A stretch of DNA of 20,000 bases from an uncultured virus (IMG/VR IMGVR_UViG_3300017714_000003) (taxonomy: Duplodnaviria; Heunggongvirae; Uroviricota; Caudoviricetes). The notes beneath the pieces were generated by a model. The model saw nothing but the letters and a program-made list of their open reading frames with translations. It was not told where the DNA came from and made no database searches. The DNA lies in the IMG/VR virus record IMGVR_UViG_3300017714_000003; one strand, written 5' to 3'. Positions 8,473 through 16,197 of this stretch are shown piece after piece. A program made the translations under genes and the position numbers. The stretch's first letter is position 1. Each line of letters begins with the position of its first letter.

Positions 8473-8961
8473 TTATGCTATAGTGTAACCACGGTCTGTA
8501 GGGATATTAACTAATATCTCATTTTGACTAGCGGTTGCATATGTGTGATTGAACCCATCATCATCTTTGACTGGTTCGCCTGCACCCGAAACTCCTGATT
8601 CAGCAATTTCGTAAGGTACATCTGTTTTAACTTCATATGTATATGTTACACCATGTGTATCATTTAACCACTGTCTAAATGGAGCAGTGTACGCCGAATA
8701 GTTCGCCCAATGTCTTGCATTGATAAATGTGATACCATATGCACATTTATTAGCATCTGATGAATGCCAACCATATGGTTTTGCAGTTTCGTATATGAAA
8801 TCTTTTAATGCTCTCGCATATTTGGTGTTAGTTTCCTCAATATAAGCATCTAAAAGATTTTGGATCATCTTTGTGCCAGGAACTTCTGCGCCACCCTGAG
8901 CCGTAATTACGGCATCGGGAATGTTAACTTCCGCAAAATAATGTCTTTTTTTGTCTGCCAT
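8473..8961 (-). CDS. Hypothetical protein (162 aa), forming its own late transcription unit
   Basis: GGGAGA RBS, upstream GATAAATA and a downstream terminator. No recognised domain. Confidence 0.8.
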   Translation of the reverse strand: MADKKRHYFAEVNIPDAVITAQGGAEVPGTKMIQNLLDAYIEETNTKYARALKDFIYETAKPYGWHSSDANKCAYGITFINARHWANYSAYTAPFRQWLNDTHGVTYTYEVKTDVPYEIAESGVSGAGEPVKDDDGFNHTYATASQNEILVNIPTDRGYTIA

Positions 8962-9021
8962 TCTATCTCTCCCGGGATATAAATTAATAGTTAATTTAGT
9001 ATACTCGTCAGTATCTACATC

Positions 9022-9029
9022 TATTTATC
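9022..9029 (-). promoter_or_regulatory. Putative late promoter GATAAATA (162-aa gene)
   Basis: TATTTATC on the + strand, overlapping the TGA stop of the 425-aa gene. Confidence 0.65.
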
Positions 9030-10305
9030 AAAATACCTTAAGGAGCAGTGTATGTTCATTAATTCTACCATTCATTTTAGTAGGTACACTTTTTACTGAT
9101 TCAAACTGTTTATTGAGAGACCTTTTTGTAATATCTTTGAACATCTTTAATTGCTCTTGAGGCTTACGTAGTGTCTTCTGTACACTAGTTTCTTCGTTGT
9201 AACGTATCATTGTAGTGCCTTTTACTGTTAGACCACTTCCTTCACGTTTTTGGTTCATTGGATCCACATTACTTGTATGATATATACCGACTTTTCGTGA
9301 CTTTGTATTATATATAAGCAATATGTTACTTCCAACAATCTCAACTGGATTTATACTAACTGTACCTGTTTCTGTATGTTCTCTCATAAACTTCATTTTA
9401 GATACTAATTTCTCTGCACTAACTACTTTACGTTTACGTGGTTTTCGGTCAAATTTTGCATTAGCAATAATCATATCACATGCTTGTACAATGCTTTTGT
9501 ACATTTCATGCATTGCTTTGATTTCAGACTTATCTAAATGATTGTACCCTTCTATCAACTGATTATGATAATCTAACTCTTTCTCGTCCATACCTTTTGT
9601 TGAAGGTGGGTTAACAAGTTCATCATATTCAGCAAAGTTACCAGTATATAACTCTCTAATAACTTTGGCATGATTTGCCTTTGCTTCTTTTCTACGTAAA
9701 AGATTCAGAGGTTTAAAGTCTTTTAACGACTTTACATCCATATCAAAATCATCGATAAACTTTTCAATATCGTCTGTCATAGTCAATGCTTTTAGACGTA
9801 GAAGTTCTTGTATACTAGGTCTATAAACATTCTTCTTTTTAGCTTCTTCTTTTTCTACTTCTAATTTCTTTTCTTTGATTACTTTGCCAGCCTCTATTGT
9901 TTCTGTTATACGTTTCTTAATAAAGTCAGTAATAGGAGTTATATGTCCGCTAGTACCAGCAAGAGTTTGCCAATAATCATCTTCTACTTGAACAAAGTCT
10001 GGCATACCATCTAGTAACAATTTGCAACATATCGCACAAGTAATGCTTATCATATGTTCTGGTGGGAGTTTAGCTAATTTAATATCTTCATTTGTATAAT
10101 CATTCTTAGCCATCCAAGTGAACACAAATGCATATAAATCTTTGGCTTGATAGTTTTCATAATAAAAAGAACGAGCGCCTTCTTTTTTACGATGGAATTC
10201 TTGTCCTGATAATTTTTCCCATCCTTCCCATTTAGGTGATTCAAGTTTTGCTCCGCGTTTGGATGGGGCTCTCTTTAGTGATTTTCTTTTTTTCGCCAAT
10301 GCCAT
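9028..10305 (-). CDS. Basic, Lys-rich hypothetical phage protein (425 aa)
   Basis: Long ORF with a GGAG RBS. The C-terminal block (RKPRKRK..AEKLVSK...SINPVEIVG...YNTKSRK...GLTVKGTT...QKTLRKP...NGRINE) looks like a conserved hypothetical family of large T4-related phages. Function unknown. Confidence 0.85.
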   Translation of the reverse strand: MALAKKRKSLKRAPSKRGAKLESPKWEGWEKLSGQEFHRKKEGARSFYYENYQAKDLYAFVFTWMAKNDYTNEDIKLAKLPPEHMISITCAICCKLLLDGMPDFVQVEDDYWQTLAGTSGHITPITDFIKKRITETIEAGKVIKEKKLEVEKEEAKKKNVYRPSIQELLRLKALTMTDDIEKFIDDFDMDVKSLKDFKPLNLLRRKEAKANHAKVIRELYTGNFAEYDELVNPPSTKGMDEKELDYHNQLIEGYNHLDKSEIKAMHEMYKSIVQACDMIIANAKFDRKPRKRKVVSAEKLVSKMKFMREHTETGTVSINPVEIVGSNILLIYNTKSRKVGIYHTSNVDPMNQKREGSGLTVKGTTMIRYNEETSVQKTLRKPQEQLKMFKDITKRSLNKQFESVKSVPTKMNGRINEHTLLLKVF

Positions 10306-10350
10306 TTAAATCTCGCTCCGTAATGTTTCGAATCAATTTATTATAGTTTC

Positions 10351-10380
10351 TATTTAACTACAAATAGCTATTTTTGTCAA
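10351..10380 (-). promoter_or_regulatory. Putative promoter for the 425-aa gene (sigma70 -35 plus late-like GTTAAATA)
   Basis: The minus strand reads TTGACA (10380-10375)-N17-TTAAAT. The -10 region is also GTTAAATA, and the palindrome AAATAGCTATTT spans 10362-10373. Confidence 0.5.
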
Positions 10381-11075
10381 GTTTTAAGGTTATCTGTGTT
10401 ATTATCTAACAAAAGAGCATCTTCAAGTACATGTTCACGTAATGCATTTATAAGTAAGGCACTCCTATATAAATTAGATTTGTTAGGCATTGTGCTATGT
10501 AATGTTCGACCGTCATACATTAATACATCACCTGCTTTTGCTAAAAATTGATGACCTTCATTGACTAATCTATCATTATAGTGTTGTTGATTATCTTCGA
10601 TATCTTTATAATATAAATTTTCTAAGTGCGAACCTGGAAGATATGCAGTGCCGCCATTCTCTAAAGTAAAAGCATTAAGAGGTATAATTATTTGTACACC
10701 TAGTGTCTCATCTACCTTAGCATATTTTTCGAATCGATAAGGGGTATCTATATGTGCATAGATTTTACTTGATTGAGGTGCAGTAGTAATACAATCAACT
10801 GCATGAATTCCCCATTGAATAGACCCAAATAATACATCAATATATTTTTTCAGTCCTAAAACTACTGGTAACCACATTTCTTTAGGTGGTGCTGTTGTCC
10901 ACCAAACATCATATGTTCGTTTTCCATCATGTTTATCGTAGTAAATCCCATCTGACCCGTTGCCTCTATGAGCATTATTAGGGTTCATTGCCCACATTCT
11001 GAATTGTTCTATCGCTATTCCTGGTAAATAATCACGTACAATAGTATATCCATTACTATTTGGAAGTTGTTCCAT
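10377..11075 (-). CDS. Fe(II)/2-oxoglutarate dioxygenase, phytanoyl-CoA dioxygenase (PhyH) family
   Basis: HxD (AHIDT), ENGGTAYLPGSH, AGDVLMYDGRTLH (distal His) and N.S..YR (2OG-binding Arg). GAAGGAGA RBS. Confidence 0.9.
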   Translation of the reverse strand: MEQLPNSNGYTIVRDYLPGIAIEQFRMWAMNPNNAHRGNGSDGIYYDKHDGKRTYDVWWTTAPPKEMWLPVVLGLKKYIDVLFGSIQWGIHAVDCITTAPQSSKIYAHIDTPYRFEKYAKVDETLGVQIIIPLNAFTLENGGTAYLPGSHLENLYYKDIEDNQQHYNDRLVNEGHQFLAKAGDVLMYDGRTLHSTMPNKSNLYRSALLINALREHVLEDALLLDNNTDNLKT

Positions 11076-11099
11076 TCACTTCTCCTTCAAGATACCTTC

Positions 11100-11128
11100 A
11101 TTATATGATAAATACAGTTAGAAGTCAA
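11100..11128 (-). promoter_or_regulatory. Sigma70-type promoter for the dioxygenase
   Basis: The minus strand reads TTGACT (11128-11123)-N17-TATAAT (11105-11100), 11 of 12 consensus positions. Confidence 0.75.
11107..11114 (+). promoter_or_regulatory. Putative late promoter GATAAATA (gp14-gp15 operon)
   Basis: GATAAATA on the + strand, 24 nt upstream of the gp14 ATG, which has an AAGGA RBS. Confidence 0.75.
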
Positions 11129-11138
11129 GGAAAAAAAT

Positions 11139-12134
11139 ATGCCAAGATTAAGTTTATGGAACCCTCGTAAGGGAAATGATTACAAATTCATCGATAAGAT
11201 GGTGAAGGCGCACTTCGAACATGGAGGCACTTCGCTACTTGTTCACAAATATTTAGGTTCACAAGATACAACTGATCCTAACTATGATCCTACCAAACCA
11301 GCAATACAAGATTTGTTGTTCATGGAGAATCGTGACAGAAAGTATGATGATAACATATATGACTTACGTGGTGTGTATACAGTTTCAGACCAAGATATGG
11401 ACCTATCTCAGTTTGGAATGTTTTTGGGCAATGACCAAATTATATTCACAATGTCTATAAACGATATGGTAGAAAAAATGGGAAGAAAATTAATGACAGG
11501 AGATGTCATTGAACTTCCTCATATGAGAGAAGATTTGTTACTTGACGAGGACGCTCCAGCAGTCAATCAATATTGGGTAGTGCAAGATGCATCAAAGGCC
11601 GCAGAAGGCTTTGACCCAGGTTGGTGGCCGCACATATGGCGTGTTCGTTGTAAGCAATTACAAGATACACAAGAGTACTCAGATATTCTTGGAACAGGCG
11701 AAGAAGCAGACGATTTAAAAAATCTACTGTCTACTTACAATAAAGAACTTCAAATCAATGATGCAATCGTTGAAGAAGCACAAGAAAATGTTCCTGGAAA
11801 ATACTGGGATTATAGAACTAACAACTTGCAATATGCACCCGAAGGACAACATCCTAAAGATGTAGACATGGCAACTGTTGCAAGTGGTACAAGATTTCCT
11901 AGCAACCCAGCAGAAAATTCTTACTTCTTAAGAACTGATTATAATCCTAACAGATTATTTCAATATCAAGGAATTAAGTGGTATAAAATTGAAGATAGTG
12001 ATGGTGGTTGGGAAGTTGGTAACCACTTACACCATAAATTCATTAACAATGATGGCGTTGTCAAACTTGAAGATGGTACCACTATTGCAGGAAAGGTTAA
12101 CTTGTCTAAGGCAGTTAAACCAAAGGTAGATTAA
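11139..12134 (+). CDS. gp14: Neck/head closure protein, T4 gp14-like
   Basis: DLLFMENRDRKY, LSQFGMFLGNDQIIFT and GDVIELP match gp14-type motifs. Sits directly upstream of gp15. Confidence 0.8.
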   Translation: MPRLSLWNPRKGNDYKFIDKMVKAHFEHGGTSLLVHKYLGSQDTTDPNYDPTKPAIQDLLFMENRDRKYDDNIYDLRGVYTVSDQDMDLSQFGMFLGNDQIIFTMSINDMVEKMGRKLMTGDVIELPHMREDLLLDEDAPAVNQYWVVQDASKAAEGFDPGWWPHIWRVRCKQLQDTQEYSDILGTGEEADDLKNLLSTYNKELQINDAIVEEAQENVPGKYWDYRTNNLQYAPEGQHPKDVDMATVASGTRFPSNPAENSYFLRTDYNPNRLFQYQGIKWYKIEDSDGGWEVGNHLHHKFINNDGVVKLEDGTTIAGKVNLSKAVKPKVD

Positions 12135-12135
12135 A

Positions 12136-13512
12136 ATGGCGATAAAGCAACATCACTTTTACGATGAACAGATAAGAAGATATATTCTACAATTTATCAG
12201 AATATTCAGTGGGTTCAGCGTAAAAACAGGGAAGAAAATGAATGATGGTACAACTGATTATTATATTCGTGTACCAGCAAGATACGGTGATATATCAAGA
12301 ATGGCCGCTACTATTATGAAAGGCAATTCTGAAAATATCGTAAATTCTGCACCATTTATCGGTTGTTGGATACAAAGTCTTCAACCCGATAGAGCAAGAG
12401 TTCAAGAGCCATTCTTTAATGATGCAGTAGCAGTAACGGAAAGAAAGTTTGACCAAGCAACAAACAAATACGTAAATGAAGATGGAAACAGATTTAATGT
12501 AAAAAGACTTATGCCTGTTCCTTATCTTTTGAATATGCAAGTAGATGTTTGGACTTCCAATACAGACCAAAAGTTACAGTTAATGGAACAAATTTTAGTT
12601 TTATTTAATCCAGCATTAGAAATACAACACAATGATAATCCAGTAGATTGGACAACTATCACTACTGTTGAATTATCTGATATTCAGTGGAGTAGCAGAG
12701 GAATACCTGCAGGAATTGAAGACCAAATAGACATTGCTACAATGTTCTTTCAAATTCCTATTTGGATTAATCCTCCAGCACAAGTAACAAGACAAAACGT
12801 AATAAGAAATATTATACACAACTTATACACATATACAGATTTAGATACATTAGATTATGATCCTGATGCATTTGAATTCTTTAGTGATTTAAAACAACAA
12901 GCAACAGTAGTTGTAACACCAGAGAATTATGCATTACAAGTTACAGAAACAAACGGTAAGTACTTCTGTCAACCATTAAAAAATGGAAACTATGAAGATG
13001 GTGTTACATGGGAAGATGTATTGACTAATTATGGATCCCTTGACGATGGAATATCAAGACTCAGACTTAAGTTTCACGGTGAATTAGATAACCTTGAGGC
13101 TGACGTTATAGGTTCACTGAGTTCAACAGCCAATCCTGAAATATTAGAATTTACAGTAGACAAAGATACATTACCTACTAATACTATCACGGCAGTAGAT
13201 AGAGTCATAGATGCCACAACTGCGAAACCTGGTTTTAATAATATACCAAGCCCAGCAATTGGACAAAGATATCTATCATTGACAGACGTTTCTGCTAGTG
13301 GACCGTGGGGAATAGATGCATCTAAGAATGATATCATTGAATATAATGGTAGTTCATGGGTTAAATCATTTGATGCAAGTGCGTATACTTTAAGAGCATA
13401 TGTTTCTAATACTTTTACTGGACAACAATTTAAATTTGAAGACGGTGAATGGAATGATACATTCCAAGGAATTTATGATGCAGGCTATTGGCGACTAGAA
13501 TTATTACAGTAG
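12136..13512 (+). CDS. gp15: Tail terminator/sheath stabiliser, T4 gp15-like, with a C-terminal extension
   Basis: HFYDEQIRRYILQFIRIFS, RVPARYG and PVPYLLNMQVDVWT...QLMEQILVLFNP are gp15 motifs. Confidence 0.88.
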   Translation: MAIKQHHFYDEQIRRYILQFIRIFSGFSVKTGKKMNDGTTDYYIRVPARYGDISRMAATIMKGNSENIVNSAPFIGCWIQSLQPDRARVQEPFFNDAVAVTERKFDQATNKYVNEDGNRFNVKRLMPVPYLLNMQVDVWTSNTDQKLQLMEQILVLFNPALEIQHNDNPVDWTTITTVELSDIQWSSRGIPAGIEDQIDIATMFFQIPIWINPPAQVTRQNVIRNIIHNLYTYTDLDTLDYDPDAFEFFSDLKQQATVVVTPENYALQVTETNGKYFCQPLKNGNYEDGVTWEDVLTNYGSLDDGISRLRLKFHGELDNLEADVIGSLSSTANPEILEFTVDKDTLPTNTITAVDRVIDATTAKPGFNNIPSPAIGQRYLSLTDVSASGPWGIDASKNDIIEYNGSSWVKSFDASAYTLRAYVSNTFTGQQFKFEDGEWNDTFQGIYDAGYWRLELLQ

Positions 13513-13525
13513 GAAAGTCGTATCA

Positions 13526-13951
13526 ATGTTAAAAGCCGCAGGCGCATGTATAATCGCTAAAGACACAAAAAGAATTATCCTTCAACAAAGAGACAAGTTA
13601 GGTTCGCATCCACGAAATTGGGGATTTTGGGGAGGCAAAGTTGAGGATAATGAAAATATTTCACAAGCGTTGCTAAGAGAAGTGTGTGAAGAACTAGGAC
13701 TTGATATTAAGAAAGATGTACGAAAGATATATCCACTAGACCAATATCATTCCAGAAATAAAGATTTTAGTTATTACTCTTTTGTAATAGTTATAAAGAA
13801 AGAATTTATACCTACACTAAATCATGAAAGTGGAGGGTATGCTTGGATAGAGCATGAATATTTTCCAAAGCCACTTCACCCAGGAACTCGTAGAACATTG
13901 TTTAAAAAGAATAAGTTAAAAGTTATTAGGGATATTATATCGTCACTATAA
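13526..13951 (+). CDS. NUDIX hydrolase
   Basis: Nudix box GKVEDNENISQALLREVCEELGL (GX5EX7REUXEEXGU). Confidence 0.93.
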   Translation: MLKAAGACIIAKDTKRIILQQRDKLGSHPRNWGFWGGKVEDNENISQALLREVCEELGLDIKKDVRKIYPLDQYHSRNKDFSYYSFVIVIKKEFIPTLNHESGGYAWIEHEYFPKPLHPGTRRTLFKKNKLKVIRDIISSL

Positions 13952-13966
13952 CTTCTTAATGAAACT

Positions 13967-13974
13967 ATTAAATA
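13967..13974 (+). promoter_or_regulatory. Possible variant late promoter ATTAAATA (234-aa gene)
   Basis: Intergenic. It shares TAAATACTGTAT with the gp13 promoter context and is followed by a GGGAG RBS. Confidence 0.45.
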
Positions 13975-13991
13975 CTGTATGGGAGAAATGA

Positions 13992-14696
13992 GTGGAAACA
14001 GGCATAATAGATTTCAAGAAGCAAAAGTTCATTAGGGACTGTATTGAGTACCTAAAGACCGGGAATGCCGAGGCTGAATTACGAGCCATCGTTAACAGTG
14101 CCACACCTGAATATATAGAATACATTAAGAAAGATATTGATAAAGATACAATTATAATAATAGATACTGTAATCAAAAAGATAAGATTATCATCACAAAA
14201 GAAAATTACAGGTAGTAGACAAAAGATTAATATAATTGCATTAGCAACATTAGAAAAGTTATCAACAGACGATATAAGATTTGAAATTAAAGAAGTTACA
14301 GAAAGATATAGAGAAACTATAAATCCAGTAAAAGCATTGTACTATGATTTACAAGAAATTATGTTTCTTTATGATGGCAAGCCAAAAAACAAACATCATA
14401 AGTTTTTAATAGATAAGTTTTCTGACAAAAAATCATTTGATGATATTATTGTTGCAGTTGATAAAGATATACTGGATTTAAAAGAATGTAGAGAAAGAAT
14501 TATTAAAATCAGAGAAGAACTTGGTTTTGCAAATAAAAGTGAATACTATAAACAAGTGATAGATTTACATAATGAAATGCTACAATGGAAAAGATTATTT
14601 GAAAAGTTTCCTGAATGGGTTGAAGAAAATACTAATACTCAGGGTGGGGGACTATATCAAACACTTAAGAATTTCTTCTGCGGAGAAGACGAATAA
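13992..14696 (+). CDS. Hypothetical protein (234 aa), charged and probably alpha-helical
   Basis: GTG start with a GGGAG RBS. K/E/I-rich, no recognised motif, followed by a hairpin. Confidence 0.8.
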   Translation: METGIIDFKKQKFIRDCIEYLKTGNAEAELRAIVNSATPEYIEYIKKDIDKDTIIIIDTVIKKIRLSSQKKITGSRQKINIIALATLEKLSTDDIRFEIKEVTERYRETINPVKALYYDLQEIMFLYDGKPKNKHHKFLIDKFSDKKSFDDIIVAVDKDILDLKECRERIIKIREELGFANKSEYYKQVIDLHNEMLQWKRLFEKFPEWVEENTNTQGGGLYQTLKNFFCGEDE

Positions 14697-14718
14697 AAAG
14701 GGCGCCATAAGCGCCCTT
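14693..14718. terminator. Terminator hairpin between convergent transcription units
   Basis: AAGGGCGC-CATAA-GCGCCCTT is a perfect 8-bp stem. The U-tract is clear on the minus strand and weaker on the plus strand. Confidence 0.8.
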
Positions 14719-14741
14719 GATTATCTTTTATAATTGAATTG

Positions 14742-14846
14742 TTACACTGCTTCGACTGGTGCTTGACCACCGAACATGTACCATGCAACAATTATTACAA
14801 CTGCTACTGCAATCCATACTTTCTTGTTCTTCATTAGTTTTTTCAT
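14742..14846 (-). CDS. Small single-pass membrane or signal-anchor peptide (34 aa)
   Basis: Not in the ORF track. Translates to MKKLMKNKKVWIAVAVVIIVAWYMFGGQAPVEAV*. It has a strong SD (AAGGAGGAG), a basic N-terminus and one hydrophobic stretch, and it fills the gap between two terminators. Confidence 0.8.
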   Translation of the reverse strand: MKKLMKNKKVWIAVAVVIIVAWYMFGGQAPVEAV

Positions 14847-14861
14847 AACTTTCTCCTCCTT

Positions 14862-14896
14862 AAAAAAAAGAAGGCCGACTGTAATGCCGACCTTCT
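14862..14896 (-). terminator. Intrinsic terminator after the fibre gene cluster
   Basis: The minus strand reads AGAAGGTCGGC-ATTACA-GTCGGCCTTCT-TTTTTTT. Two G-U pairs form only on the minus-strand RNA. Confidence 0.85.
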
Positions 14897-14921
14897 CTAT
14901 ATTGTAAAATTATTAAGTTAC

Positions 14922-16109
14922 TTACTTACCTACTTTAACTTCGACCATACCTTCGCCTTCTTCGATTTTATCTTTGATTGCGATACCGATATATGCCGTC
15001 ATTTTAGGATCGTGGTCTTCTTTCCATGCTGTAGCATGTCCCTTGTTATCAGCCGCTACCATGATGTCGCCTTTTTTGACTGCACCCATAGTTTTAACTG
15101 GAACACGACCTTGTAATGCGATAGCTGGGTGAGTTATATCACTACCCGCTTCGCCGTTCATTAGATAAGCTGGTTTCATTGAAACAACACCTGCTAGTCT
15201 GTCACAACCGTGACCTTCTGCCGCTGTTACTTCTGCTTCTCCACCAAACATCATTACTGTGCCTTCATCGTATTCTGCATCTGCTTCATAACGTTCTGCA
15301 AGGTCGGCATATTTTGCCGTTGTTGCTTCACCGTTGAAACGTGTTGCTGTCATGTCACCACCGTTAGCAGTGATATCACCTGATACTGTAAAGTCACCAG
15401 TATATGAACCGTCCATTGCGATTGTTCTATCTGCACTTAAGTCACCACCGCCTGAAAGACCGTTACCCGCAGTAATAGTTCTTGCGTGTGCGGCTTTTGT
15501 AGCGATTGAGTCAGTTACCGTTGTAGCAAAGTTGGCATCATCGCCTAAGGCCGCCGCTAGTTCGTTTAGAGTATCTAATGAACCAGGTGCCGCCGCCACT
15601 ACTGCATCTGCGGCTGTTTGAGCGGCCGTATCTGCGTAAGATTGTGTTGCGATTGTTGATGTATCAACATTAATTTGATTATTTGCATCATCGTATGATA
15701 GGCCTGTGTTAGCCATACCACCGATTAAGTCTTGAACAACTTCTTGTGCAGTTGCACCAAGAGTTAGACCTGCTTGTACATCTAGTGTACCTGCAACGTC
15801 AACATCGCCATCTGCTTTTAAAGTTCCATCAACTTCAATTTGATTTTTAAATTTTACTTTACCACCAAATTGTTTACCAGTAGCTGAACCACCGTCACCT
15901 CTATCTTGTGATGCAAGAATAGATACGTTACGTTCTAGGTCTGCTATACGTCTTAAGTTTGATTTTGTACCAGTGAAAATAATATCGTCAGTAGTTGTAT
16001 CTATTGTACCTGTAATTTGTGATAAGTTTCCACTTGTGTCGTACTTGAATGTAGTTCCACGACCAATTTTTGTATTCGTAGAACCATTGTGTCTAAATTT
16101 TCTTCCCAT
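14922..16109 (-). CDS. Tail fibre/appendage protein with a C-terminal peptidase G2-like intramolecular chaperone domain
   Basis: APGSLDTLNELAAALGDDANFATT fibre module and AGNGLSGGGDLSADRTI. The C-terminus reads YADLAERY...AGVVS..PAY.MN...IALQGRVPVK..G.VKKGD. AAGGAGA RBS. Confidence 0.75.
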   Translation of the reverse strand: MGRKFRHNGSTNTKIGRGTTFKYDTSGNLSQITGTIDTTTDDIIFTGTKSNLRRIADLERNVSILASQDRGDGGSATGKQFGGKVKFKNQIEVDGTLKADGDVDVAGTLDVQAGLTLGATAQEVVQDLIGGMANTGLSYDDANNQINVDTSTIATQSYADTAAQTAADAVVAAAPGSLDTLNELAAALGDDANFATTVTDSIATKAAHARTITAGNGLSGGGDLSADRTIAMDGSYTGDFTVSGDITANGGDMTATRFNGEATTAKYADLAERYEADAEYDEGTVMMFGGEAEVTAAEGHGCDRLAGVVSMKPAYLMNGEAGSDITHPAIALQGRVPVKTMGAVKKGDIMVAADNKGHATAWKEDHDPKMTAYIGIAIKDKIEEGEGMVEVKVGK

Positions 16110-16129
16110 GATTGTCTCCTTAAATCGAA

Positions 16130-16187
16130 AGGTCTTTAGATGACCTCATGTTCATAATTGAACCGTAGGGGATTTTACTCCCCTACG
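16130..16187 (-). other. Three closely packed hairpins in the intergenic leader of the 395-aa fibre gene
   Basis: Stems CGTAGGGGA/TCCCCTACG (16164-16187), GTTCA/TGAAC (16150-16163) and AGGTC/GACCT (16130-16146). Confidence 0.55.
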
Positions 16188-16197
16188 TTGTTAAGTT

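Noticed and set aside
14742..14846. RiPP precursor (double-glycine FGG) for the radical SAM enzyme
   Set aside because: It lies 7 kb away in another transcription unit, looks like a transmembrane anchor, and the residues after GG (QAPVEAV) lack typical Cys or aromatic targets.
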